Assembly (NCBI GenBank): GCA_030390025.1
Contig: CM059432.1
Coordinates: 129,582,001 to 129,646,000, forward strand
Direction: 5' to 3'
DNA: 64,000 nt
From: Squalus acanthias
Lineage: Eukaryota
Numbering within the stretch: position 1 is the first letter of the stretch; each line of letters starts with the position of its first letter. A program made the translations under genes and the position numbers. Below, piece by piece: positions 35,401 to 47,725 of the stretch. Below the pieces are notes generated by a model, which ran no database searches, was not told the origin of the DNA, and saw only the letters and a list, made by a program, of their open reading frames with translations.

Positions 35401-38400
35401 AGATTCTGTGTAAACAGAGCGGGAGATTCTGTGTAAACAGAGCGGGAGATTCTGAGAGTAAACAGAGCGGGAGATTCTGTGTAAACAGAGCGGGAGATTC
35501 TGTGAGTAAACAGGGCGGGAGATTCTGTGAGTAAACAGAGCGGGAGATTCTGTGAGTAAACAGAGCGGGAGATTCTGTGAGTAAACAGAGCGGGAGATTC
35601 TGTGAGTAAACAGGGCGGGAGATTCTGTGAGTAAACAGGGCGGGAGATTCTGTGAGTAAACAGAGCGGGAGATTCTGTGAGTAAACAGAGGCGGGAGATT
35701 CTGTGAGTAAACAGAGCGGGAGATTCTGTGAGTAAACAGAGCGGGAGATTCTGTGTAAACAGAGCGGAGATTCTGAGAGTAAACAGAGCGGGAGATTCTG
35801 TGAGTAAACAGGGCGGGAGATTCTGTGAGTAAACAGAGCGGAGATTCTGTGAGTAAACAGAGCAGGAGATTCTGTGAGTAAACAGGGCGGGAGATTCTGT
35901 GAGTAAACAGGGCGGGAGATTCTGTGAGTAAACAGAGCGGGAGATTCTGTGAGTAAACAGAGCGGGAGATTCTGTGTAAACAGAGCAGGATATTCTGTGA
36001 GTAAACAGAGCGGGAGATTCTGTGTAAACAGAGCGGGAGATTCTGTGAGTAAACAGAGCGGGAGATTCTGTGAGTAAACAGGGCGGGAGATTCTGTGAGT
36101 AAACAGGGCGGGAGATTCTGTGAGTAAACAGAGCGGGAGATTCTGTGAGTAAACAGAGCGGGAGATTCTGTGAGTAAACAGAGCGGGAGATTCTGTGAGT
36201 AAACAGAGCGGGAGATTCTGTGAGTAAACAGAGCGGGAGATTCTGAGAGTAAACAGAGCGGGAGATTCTGTGAGTAAACAGAGCGGGAGATTCTGTGAGT
36301 AAACAGAGCGGGAGATTCTGTGAGTAAACAGAGCGGGAGATTCTGTGAGTAAACAGAGCGGGAGATTCTGTGAGTAAACAGAGCGGGAGATTCTGAGTGT
36401 AAACAGAGCGGGAGATTCTGTGAGTAAACAGAGCGGGAGATTCTGAGTGTAAACAGAGCGGGAGATTCTGTGAGTAAACAGAGCGGGAGATTCTGTGAGT
36501 AAACAGAGCGGGAGATTCTGTGAGTAAACAGAGCGGGAGATTCTGAGTGTAAACAGAGCGGTAGATTCTGTGAGTAAACAGAGCGGTAGATTCTCTGAGT
36601 AAACAGGGCGGGAGATTCTGTGAGTAAACAGAGCAGGAGATTCTGTGAGTAAACAGAGCGGGAGATTCTGTGAGTAAACAGAGCGGGAGATTCTGTGAGT
36701 AAACAGGGCGGGAGATTCTGTGAGTAAACAGAGCGGGAGATTCTGTGTAAACAGAGCGGGAGATTCTGTGAGTAAACAGAGCGGGAGATTCTGTGAGTAA
36801 ACAGGGCGGGAGATTCTGTGAGTAAACAGAGCGGGAGATTCTGTGAGTAAACAGAGCGGGAGATTCTGTGAGTAAACAGAGCGGGAGATTCTGTGAGTAA
36901 ACAGAGTGGGAGATTCTGTGAGTAAACAGAGTGGGAGGTTCTGTGAGTAAACAGAGCGGGAGATTCTGTGAGTAAACAGGGCGGGAGATTCTGTGAGTAA
37001 ACAGGGCGGGAGATTCTGTGAGTAAACAGAGCGGGAGATTCTGTGAGTAAACAGAGCGGGAGATTCTGTGTAAACAGAGCAGGAGATTCTGAGAGTAAAC
37101 AGAGCGGGAGATTCTGTGAGTAAACAGAGCGGGAGATTCTGTGTAAACAGAGCAGGAGATTCTGTGAGTAAACAGAGCGGGAGATTCTGTGAGTAAACAG
37201 AGCGGGAGATTCTGTGAGTAAACAGAGCGGGAGATTCTGTGAGTAAACAGAGCGGGAGATTCTGTGAGTAAACAGAGCGGGAGATTCTGTGAGTAAACAG
37301 AGCGGGAGATTCTGTGAGTAAACAGAGCGGGAGATTCTGTGAGTAAACAGAGCGGGAGATTCTGAGTGTAAACAGAGCGGGAGATTCTGTGAGTAAACAG
37401 AGCGGGAGATTCTGTGAGTAAACAGAGCGGGAGATTCTGTGTAAACAGAGCGGGAGATTCTGAGAGTAAACAGAGCGGGAGATTCTGTGAGTAAACAGAG
37501 CGGGAGATTCTGTGTAAACAGAGCAGGAGATTCTGAGAGTAAACAGAGCGGGAGATTCTGTGAGTAAACAGAGCGGGAGATTCTGAGAGTAAACAGAGCG
37601 GGAGATTCTGTGAGTAAACAGAGCGGGAGATTCTGTGAGTAAACAGAGCGGGAGATTCTGTGTAAACAGAGCGGGAGATTCTGAGAGTAAACAGAGCGGG
37701 AGATTCTGTGAGTAAACAGAGCGGGAGATTCTGTGTAAACAGAGCGGGAGATTCTGAGAGTAAACAGAGCGGGAGATTCTGTGAGTAAACAGAGCGGGAG
37801 ATTCTGTGAGTAAACAGAGCGGGAGATTCTGTGAGTAAACAGGGCGGGAGATTCTGTGAGTAAACAGAGCGGGAGATTCTGTGAGTAAACAGAGCGGGAG
37901 ATTCTGTGAGTAAACAGAGCGGGAGATTCTGTGAGTAAACAGAGCGGGAGATTCTGTGAGTAAACAGAGCGGGAGATTCTGTGAGTAAACAGAGCGGGAG
38001 ATTCTGTGAGTAAACAGAGCGGGAGATTCTGTGAGTAAACAGAGCGGGAGATTCTGTGAGTAAACAGAGCGGGAGATTCTGTGAGTAAACAGAGCGGGAG
38101 ATTCTGTGAGTAAACAGAGCGGGAGATTCTGTGAGTAAACAGGGCGGGAGATTCTGTGTAAACAGAGCGGGAGATTCTGTGAGTAAACAGAGCGGGAGAT
38201 TCTGTGAGTAAACAGGCGGGAGATTCTGTGTAAACAGCGGGAGATTCTGTGAGTAAACAGGGCGGGAGATTCTGTGAGTAAACAGAGCGGGAGATTCTGT
38301 GAGTAAACAGAGCGGGAGATTCTGTGAGTAACAGAGGCGGGAGATTCTGTGAGTAAACAGAGCGGGAGATTCTGTGAGTAAACAGAGCGGGAGATTCTGT

Positions 38401-41400
38401 GAGTAAACAGGGCGGGAGATTCTGTGTAAACAGAGCGGGAGATTCTGTGAGTAAACAGAGCGGGAGATTCTGTGAGTAAACAGAGCGGGAGATTCTGTGA
38501 GTAAACAGAGCGGGAGATTCTGAGAGTAAACAGAGCGGGAGATTCTGTGAGTAAACAGAGCGGGAGATTCTGTGAGTAAACAGAGCGGGAGATTCTGTGA
38601 GTAAACAGGGCGGGAGATTCTGTGAGTAAACAGAGCGGGAGATTCTGTGAGTAAACAGAGCGGGAGATTCCGAGAGTAAACGGAGCGGGCGATTCTGTGA
38701 GAAAACAGGGCGGGAGATTCTGTGAGTAAACAGAGCGGGAGATTCTGTGAGTAAACAGAGCGGGAGATTCTGTGAGTAAACAGGGCGGGAGATTCTGTGT
38801 AAACAGAGCGGGAGATTCTGAGAGTAAACAGAGCGGGAGATTCTGTGAGTAAACAGAGCGGGAGATTCTGTGAGTAAACAGGGCGGGAGATTCTGTGTAA
38901 ACAGAGCGGGAGATTCTGAGAGTAAACAGGGCGGGAGATTCTGTGAGTAAACAGGGCGGGAGATTCTGAGAGTAAACAGGGCGGGAGATTCTGTGTAAAC
39001 AGAGCGGGAGATTCTGAGAGTAAACAGAGCGGGAGATTCTGTGTAAACAGAGCGGGAGATTCTGAGAGTAAACAGAGCGGGAGATTCTGTGAGTAAACAG
39101 GGCGGGAGATTCTGTGTAAACAGAGCGGGAGATTCTGAGAGTAAACAGAGCGGGAGATTCTGTGTAAACAGAGCGGGAGATTCTGTGAGTAAACAGGGCG
39201 GGAGATTCTGTGAGTAAACAGAGCGGGAGATTCTGTGTAAACAGAGCGGGAGATTCTGAGAGTAAACAGAGCGGGAGATTCTGTGTAAACAGAGCGGGAG
39301 ATTCTGAGAGTAAACAGAGCGGGAGATTCTGTGAGTAAACAGGGCGGGAGATTCTGTGTAAACAGAGCGGGAGATTCTGTGAGTAAACAGGGCGGGAGAT
39401 TCTGTGAGTAAACAGAGCGGGAGATTCTGTGAGTAAACAGAGTGGGAGATTCTGTGAGTAAACAGAGCGGGAGATTCTGTGAGTAAACAGGGCGGGAGAT
39501 TCTGTGAGTAAACAGGGCGGGAGATTCTGTGAGTAAACAGGGCGGGAGATTCTGTGAGTAAACAGGGCGGGAGATTCTGTGAGTAAACAGGGCGGGAGAT
39601 TGTGTGAGTAAACAGAGCAGGAGATTCTGAGAGTAAACAGAGCGGGAGATTCTGTGAGTAAACAGAGCGGGAGATTCTGTGTAAACAGAGCAGGAGATTC
39701 TGAGAGTAAACAGAGCGGGAGATTCTGTGAGTAAACAGAGCGGGAGATTCTGTGAGTAAACAGAGCGGGAGATTCTGTAGGTAAACAGGGCGGGAGATTC
39801 TGTGAGTAAACAGAGCGGGAGACTCTGTGAGTAAACAGAGCGGGAGATTCTGTGAGTAAACAGGGCGGGAGATTCTGTGAGTAAACAGAGCGGGAGATTC
39901 TGTGAGTAAACAGAGCGGGAGATTCTGTGTAAACATAGCAGGATATTCTGTGAGTAAACAGAGCGGGCGATTCTGTGAGTAAACAGAGCGGGAGATTCTG
40001 TGAGTAAACAGGGCGGGAGATTCTGTGAGTAAACAGAGCGGGAGACTCTGTGAGTAAACAGAGCGGGAGATTCTGTGAGTAAACAGAGCGGGAGATTCTG
40101 TGTAAACATAGCAGGATATTCTGTGAGTAAACAGAGCGGGAGATTCTGTGTAAACATAGCAGGATATTCTGTGAGTAAACAGAGCGGGAGATTCTGTGTA
40201 AACAGGGCGGGAGATTCTGTGAGTAAACAGAGCGGGAGATTCTGTGAGTAAACAGGGCGGGAGATTCTGTGAGTATAAAGAGCGGGAGATTCTGAGAGTA
40301 AACAGAGCGGGAGATTCTGTGAGTAAACAGAGCGGGAGATTCTGAGTGTAAACAGAGCGGGAGATTCTGTGAGTAAACAGAGCGGGATATTCTGTGTAAA
40401 CAGAGCGGGAGATTCTGTGAGTAAACAGAGCGGGAGATTCTGTGAGTAAACAGAGCGGGAGATTCTGTGAGTATAAAGAGCGGGAGATTCTGTGAGTAAA
40501 CAGAGCAGGAGATTCTCTGAGTAAACAGAGCGAGAGATTCTGTGAGTAAACAGAGCGGGAGATTCTGTGAGTATAAAGAGCGGGAGATTCTGTGAGTAAA
40601 CAGAGCGAGAGATTCTGTGAGTAAACAGAGCGGGAGTTTCTGTGAGTATAAAGAGCGGGAGATTCTGTGAGTAAACAGGGTGGGAGATTCTGTGTCAACA
40701 GAGCGGGAGTTTCTGTGAGTATAAAGAGCGGGAGATTCTGTGAGTAAACAGGGCGGGAGATTCTGTGAGTAAACAGGGCGGGAGATTCTGTGAGTAAACA
40801 GAGCGGGCGATTCTGTGAGTAAACAGAGCGGGAGATTCTGTGAGTAAACAGGGCGGGAGATTCTGTGTAAACAGAGCGGGAGATTCTGTGAGTAAACAGA
40901 GTGGGAGATTGTGTGAGTAAACAGGGCGGGAGATTCTGTGAGTAAACAGAGCGGATGATTCTGAGAGTAAACAGGGCGGGAGATTCTGTGAGTAAACAGA
41001 GCAGGCGATTCTGTGAGTTAACAGGGCGGGAGATTCTGTGAGTAAACAGAGCGGGAGATTCTGAGAGTAAACAGAGCGGGAGATTCTGTGAGTAAACAGG
41101 GTGGGAGATTCTGTGAGTAAACAGAGCGGGAGATTCTGTGAGTAAACAGGGCGGGAGATTCTGTGAGTAAACAGAGCGGGAGATTCTGTGAGTAAACAGA
41201 GCGGGAGATTCCGAGAGTAAACAGGGCGGGAGATTCTGTGAGTAAACAGGGCGGGAGATTCTGTGAGTAAACAGAGCGGGAGATTCTGTGAGTAAACAGG
41301 GCGGGAGATTCTGTGAGTAAACAGAGCGGAATGATTCTGTGAGTAAACAGAGCGGGAGATTCTGTGAGTAAACAGAGCAGGCGATTCTGTGAGTTAACAG

Positions 41401-44400
41401 GGCGGGAGATTCTGTGAGTAAACAGAGCGGGAGATTCTGAGAGTAAACAGAGCGGGAGATTCTGTGAGTAAACAGGGTGGGAGATTCTGTGAGTAAACAG
41501 AGCGGGAGATTCTGTGAGTAAACAGGGCGGGAGATTCTGTGAGTAAACAGAGCGGGAGATTCTGTGAGTAAACAGAGCGGGAGATTCTGTGTAAACAGAG
41601 CAGGAGATTCTGAGAGTAAACAGAGCGGGAGATTCTGTGTAAACAGAGCAGGAGATTCTGAGAGTAAACAGAGCGGGAGATTCTCTGAGTATAAAGAGCG
41701 GGAGATTCTGTGAGTAAACAGAGCGGGAGATTCTGTGAGTAAACAGAGCGGGAGATTCTGTGAGTAAACAGAGCGGGAGATTCTGTGAGTAAACAGAGCG
41801 GGAGATTCTGTGAGTAAACAGAGCGGGAGATTCTGTGAGTAAACAGAGCGGGAGATTCTGTGAGTAAACAGAGCGGGAGATTCTGTGAGTAAACAGAGCG
41901 GGAGATTCTGTGAGTAAACAGAGCGGGAGATCTGTGAGTAAACAGAGCGGGAGATTCTGTGAGTAAACAGAGCGGGAGATTCTGTGAGTAAACAGAGCGG
42001 GAGATTCTGAGAGTAAACAGAGCGGGAGATTCTGTGAGTAAACAGAGCGGGAGATTCTGAGTGTAAACAGAGCGGGAGATTCTGTGAGTAAACAGAGCGG
42101 GAGATTCTGTGAGTAAACAGAGCGGGAGATTCTGTGAGTAAACAGAGCGGGAGATTCTGTGAGTAAACAGGGCGGGAGATTCTGTGAGTAAACAGAGCGG
42201 GAGATTCTGTGAGAAAAAGAGCGGGTGATTCTGTGAGTAAACAGAGCAGGAGATTCTCTGAGTAAACAGAGCGGAGATTCTGTGAGTAAACAGAGCGGGA
42301 GATTCTCTGAGTAAACAGAGCGAGAGATTCTGTGAGTAAACAGAGCGGGAGATTCTGTGAGTATAAAGAGCGGGAGATTCTGTGAGTAAACAGAGCGGGA
42401 GATTCTGTGAGTATAAAGAGCGGGAGATTCTGTGAGTAAACAGAGCGGGAGATTCTGAGAGTAAACAGAGCGGGAGATTCTGTGAGTAAACAGAGCGGGA
42501 GATTCTGAGAGTAAACAGAGCGGGAGATTCTGTGAGTAAACAGAGCGGGAGATTCTGTGAGTAAACAGGGCGGGAGATTCTGTGAGTAAACAGAGCGGGA
42601 GATTCTGTGAGTAAACAGGGCGGGAGATTCTGTGAGTAAACAGGGCGGGAGATTCTGTGAGTAAACAGAGCGGGAGATTCTGTGAGTAAACAGAGCGGGA
42701 GATTCTGTGAGTAAACAGGGCGGGAGATTCTGTGAGTAAACAGAGCGGGAGATTCTGTGAGTAAACAGAGCGGGAGATTCTGTGAGTAAACAGAGCGGGA
42801 GATTCTGTGAGTAAACAGAGCGGGAGATTCTGTGAGTAAACAGGGCGGGAGATTCTGTGAGTAAACAGAGCGGGAGATTCTGTGAGTAAACAGAGCGGGA
42901 GATTCTGTGAGTAAACAGAGCGGGAGATTCTGTGAGTAAACAGAGCGGGAGATTCTGAGTGTAAACAGAGCGGGAGATTCTGTGAGTAAACAGAGCGGGA
43001 GATTCTGTGAGTAAACAGAGCGGGAGATCTGTGAGTAAACAGAGCGGGAGATTCTGTGAGTAAACAGAGCGGGAGATTCTGTGAGTAAACAGAGCGGGAG
43101 ATTCTGAGAGTAAACAGAGCGGGAGATTCTGTGAGTAAACAGAGCGGGAGATTCTGAGTGTAAACAGAGCGGGAGATTCTGTGTAAACAGAGCGGGAGAT
43201 TCTGTGAGTAAACAGAGCGGGAGATTCTGTGAGTAAACAGAGCGGGAGATTCTGTGAGTAAACAGAGCGGGAGATTCTGTGAGTAAACAGAGCGGGAGAT
43301 TCTGTGAGAAAAAGAGCGGGTGATTCTGTGAGTAAACAGAGCAGGAGATTCTCTGAGTAAACAGAGCGAGAGATTCTGTGAGTAAACAGAGCAGGAGATT
43401 CTCTGAGTAAACAGAGCGAGAGATTCTGTGAGTAAACAGAGCGGGAGATTCTGTGAGTATAAAGAGCGGGAGATTCTGTGAGTAAACAGAGCGGGAGTTT
43501 CTGTGAGTATAAAGAGCGGGAGATTCTGTGAGTATAAAGAGCGGGAGATTCTGAGAGTAAACAGAGCGGGAGATTCTGTGAGTAAACAGAGCGGGAGATT
43601 CTGAGAGTAAACAGAGCGGGAGATTCTGTGAGTAAACAGAGCGGGAGATTCTGTGAGTAAACAGAGCGGGAGATTCTGTGAGTAAACAGAGCGGGAGATT
43701 CTGTGATAAACAGAGCGGGAGATTCTGTGAGTAAACAGAGCGGGAGATTCTGTGAGTAAACAGAGCGGGAGATTCTGTGAGTAAACAGAGCGGGAGATTC
43801 TGTGAGTAAACAGAGCGGGAGATTCTGTGAGTAAACAGAGCGGGAGATTCTGTGAGTAAACAGAGCTGGAGATTCTGTGAGTAAACAGAGCGGGAGATTC
43901 TGTGAGTAAACAGAGCGGAGATTCTGTGAGTAAACAGAGCGGGAGATTCTGTGAGTAAACAGAGCAGGAGATTCTGTGAGTAAACAGAGCGGGAGATTCT
44001 GTGAGTAAACAGAGCGGGAGATTCTGTGAGTAAACAGAGCGGGAGATTCTGTGAGTAAACAGAGCGGGAGATTCTGTGAGTAAACAGAGCGGGAGATTCT
44101 GTGAGTAAACAGAGCGGGAGATTCTGTGAGTAAACAGAGCGGGAGATTCTGTGAGTAAACAGAGCGGGAGATTCTGTGAGTAAACAGGAGCGGGAGATTC
44201 TGTGAGTAAACAGGGCGGGAGATTCTGTGAGTAAACAGAGCGGGCGATTCTGTGAGTAAACAGAGCGGGAGATTCTGTGAGTAAACAGGGCGGGAGATTC
44301 TATGTAAACAGAGCGGGAGATTCTGTGAGTAAACAGAGCGGGAGATTCTGTGAGTAAACAGGGCGGGAGATTCTGTGAGTAAACAGAGCGGGAGATTCTG

Positions 44401-44514
44401 TGAGTAAACAGAGCGGGCGATTCTGTGAGTAAACAGAGCGGGAGATTCTGTGAGTATAAAGAGCGGGAGATTCTGTGAGTAAACAGGGCGGGAGATTCTG
44501 AGAGTAAACAGAGC
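17442..44514. repeat. 27-kb satellite array, 25-bp monomer CGGGAGATTCTGTGAGTAAACAGAG, about 1,090 copies
   Basis: Read directly from the sequence. 27,073 bp divided by 25 gives about 1,083; frequent 23-bp variants (TGTGTAAAC) raise the count slightly. Common variants are TGAGAGT, CAGGGCG and GTATAAAG. Confidence 0.99.
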
Positions 44515-44627
44515 AGCGGGAGCGGCGGACCTGCGAGGGAGCAGCGGCTGTGGGAGAAAATAAAGGTCGGTGATTTTCAGGCCCATTTGAGCAGCGGCAG
44601 CAGCGGGAGCGATGGCAGAAATCGAGA

Positions 44628-44688
44628 GTGACGTCACAGTACAGAAAGTGACGCCGGGAAGAAGCTGATTGGTGAGTAGTGGGTGAGT
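44628..44688 (+). promoter_or_regulatory. Putative internal-promoter motifs of the CR1 5' UTR
   Basis: CRE palindrome GTGACGTCAC (44628-44637), inverted CCAAT ATTGG (44668-44672) and two GGTGAGT donor-like sites. These are motif matches only. Confidence 0.4.
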
Positions 44689-44806
44689 GCTTTTTGTTTT
44701 CTTCAATTTTAAGTTTATTTCTTTTAAGGTAGTTCATAGTTAAGGTAGTTCGGGAGAGCGAGAATCCGAGAGTTTAAATTTGAGGTGAGAGTTTTTTAAT
44801 TAAAAT

Positions 44807-45766
44807 ATGGCAGGGGACCTCAGTCCCGTGCGTTGCACGGCCTGCAGCATGTGGGAATTCCTAGACTCTTCTTGCAGTCAGGATGACCACATGTGCAGTA
44901 AGTGCCAACGGTTTGGCCAACTTGAGATCCGGTTTTTGGAGCTCGAGCGTTAGCTGGAGGCACTGCAGTGTATCCGCGAGGCTGAGTGTTACGTGGATAG
45001 CACGTTTTTAGACGTGGTCACCCCGCAGCTTAAGAAAGTGCAGTCAGAGAGGGAATGGGAGACCACCAGTCAGAAGAAGGGAGGCAGGCAGGGAGTCAGG
45101 AAAGCCCCAGAGTGCATCTCACTCAACAACCGTTTTTCTGTGTTGGGAAACGGTGAAAGTGACGGTTCCTCTGGGGAGTGCAGCCAGAGCCAAGTTCACG
45201 GCACTGTGGGTGGCTCAGCTGCACAAGTGGGGAGGAGTAAGAGTGGAAGGGTAATAGTGGTAGGAGACTCAATAGTGAGGGGTGCAGACAGGCGTTTCTG
45301 CGGCTGCAGACGTGACTCCAGGATGGTATGTTGCCTCCCTGGTGCCAGGGTCAAGGATGTCACTGAACGGCTGCAGGGCATTCTGAAGGGGGAGGGCGAA
45401 TAGTCAGAGGTCGTGGTTCACATTGGTACCAACGACATAGGTAGAAAGAGGGATGAGGTCCTGCAACAAGAATTTAGGGAGCTAGGTAGCAGATTAAAAA
45501 GCAGGACCTCAAAGGTTGTAATCTCTGGATTACTCCCAGTGCCACGTGCTAGTGAGTATAGAAATAGGAGGATAGAGCAGATGAATGCGTGGCTAAAGAG
45601 TTGGTGCAGGAAGGAGGGCTTTAGTTTCCTGGATCACTGGGTCTGTTTCTGGGGAAAGTGGGACTTGCACAAGTCGGACGGGTTGCACCTGAACCGGAAC
45701 GGGACCAACATCCTTGCGGGGAGGTTTGCTAGTGCTGTTGCGGGGGGTGGGGGTGGTTTAAACTAA
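44807..45766 (+). pseudogene. CR1 ORF1 (zinc finger, coiled coil, SGNH esterase), with two in-frame stops
   Basis: ATG at 44807 gives MAGDLSPVRCTACSMWE...CSKC. TAG stops at 44951 and 45401 are in frame. Esterase blocks VIVVGDSIVRG, VHIGTNDIG and DGLHLN are present. Confidence 0.92.
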
Positions 45767-47376
45767 CTTGGCAGGAGGATGGGATACGGAGTGGAGCTAT
45801 AGTAAGGGGTGATGCACAGCCAAATATAGAGGAAAAAACAAGTCAGTCTGGAAGGCAGAGCAAATATGTAACGGCACAAGGGAGTATGGCAAGGCTGGAT
45901 GGCATTTATTTTAATGCAAGGAGTCTTGCGAGTTAGGCAGATGAATTGAAGGTGTTGATGAACACATGGGAGTATGATATTGTTGCTATCACAGAGATAT
46001 GGTTGAGGGAGGGGCAGGACTGGCAGCTCAATATTCCGGGGTATAGAATCTTCAGGCGAGACAGAGTGGGGTGTAAAAGAGGAGGAGATGTCGCAATATT
46101 AATCAAGGAGTCAATTACTGCTGTAAGGAGGGATGATATCTTAGCAGGTTCCTCTAATGAGGTCATATGGGTAGAACTTAAAAACAAAAAGGGGGCAAGC
46201 ACTTTTCTGGGAGTGTACTATAGGCCCCCAAACAGTCAGGGGGAGATAGAGGAACAGATATGTAGACAAATCTCAGAGAAGTGTAGAAATAATAGAGTAA
46301 TACGAGTAGGGGATTTTAACTTCCCCAATATTAACTGGGATAGTCAGAGTGTGAAAGGCTTAGAGGGTGCGGAATTCTTAAAGTGCATCTAGGAGAGCCT
46401 TTTGAGCCAGCATGTAGAAAGTGCTACAAGCGAGGGGGCGGTACTGGACCTAATTCTAGGAAATGTAGCTGGGCAAGTGGTAGAAGTGTCAGTAGGAGAG
46501 CATTTTGGTGATAGTGACCATAATTCGGTGAGATTTAAGGTAGTCATGGAAAAGGACAAAGATGGACTGGAAATAAAGGTTCTAAATTGGGGGAAGGCCG
46601 ATTTTAATATGATAAGGCAGGATCTGGCCAAAGTGGACTGGAATCAGCTACTTGTAGGAAAATCCACATCAGAGCAGTGAGAGTCATTCAGAAAGGAAAT
46701 AAAGAGAGTACAGTGCCAACATGTTCCCGTAAAGCTCAAGGGTGGGACCAACAAGTCCAGGGAACCCTGGATGTCAAGGGATATACAAGAATGGATTAGG
46801 AAAAAAAGGGAGGCTTTTGGCAAATACAAAGGACTAAAAACAGTGGAAGCCCTAGAGGAGTATAGAAAGTGCAGGGGGGGGGGTACTTAAAAAAGAAATT
46901 AGGAGAGCAAAGAGGAGGCATGAAAAAACATTGGCGGGCAAAATAAAGGAAAATCCCAAGGTGTTTTATAAGTATATTAAGGGCAAGAGGATTACCAGGG
47001 AAAGAGTACGGCCCATTTGGGACCAAAGTGGCAATCTGTGTGTAGAGCCGGAAGATGTAGGTGAGGTTTTAAATAAATATTTTGCATCTGTGTTCACTGT
47101 GGAGAAGGGCGATGTAGGCATAGAAATCAGGCAGGGGGATTGTGATACACTTGAACAAATTAGCATTGAGAGGGAGGAGGTACTAGCGGTTTTAGCGGGC
47201 TTAAAAGTGGATAAATCCCCAGGCCCAGACGAGATGTATCCCAGGCTGCTGTGTGAGGCAAGGGAGGAGATTGCAGGGACTCTGACACAAATTTTCAGAA
47301 CCTCTCTGGCCACAGGGAAGGTCAAAATTGAGAGGTCGCACAACACCAGGTTATAGTCCAACAGTTTTATTTGAAA

Positions 47377-47415
47377 TCACAAGCTTTCGGAGCTTACTAC
47401 TCCTTCGTCGGGTGA
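47377..47415 (-). ncRNA. Minimal type I hammerhead ribozyme motif (U4-to-C variant)
   Basis: Minus strand TCAC-CCGACGA-A-GGAG-TAGTAAG-CTCC-GAAA-GC-TT-GTGA: stem I TCAC/GTGA, stem II GGAG/CTCC, and a palindromic AGCT in place of stem III. Confidence 0.75.
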
Positions 47416-47725
47416 AGTAAAGAGATACAGAATCGCCAAAGCATATATAGATAGAGAACAATGCATGTGTACCTTACAATTGCAGACAACTAAATTAAAT
47501 CATCCTGACTGTTTATCTGCCGAGGTGTGATAAAGTTAATCAGGTCAGCCAGGAAGGTACCACATCAAAGACATAGCAAGATACAACTGAAACAATGAGG
47601 TGGAGTCGCAGGGGGTCTAACGTGTCAAAAGCTGCCGTCTGTATGTAAAACGATAAGCTTTAAAATTTTTACATTTTTACTGGGAATCACATCTGTGAAC
47701 AAGCCAACGACGACTCGAGTCCGGA

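Noticed and set aside
17442..44514. CRISPR array
   Set aside because: The units are contiguous with no unique spacers, there are no cas genes, and the context is vertebrate.
17421..44737. Giant minus-strand ORFs (6074, 3224, 1962 aa and others) repeating ESPALFTHRISRSVYSQNLPLCLLT
   Set aside because: The 25-bp unit has no stop codon on the minus strand and cycles through all three frames, so every frame is open with the same peptide. The 23-bp and single-base indels are freely tolerated, showing no frame constraint. An ORF0-like antisense product from the LINE UTR would need Ribo-seq or proteomic evidence.
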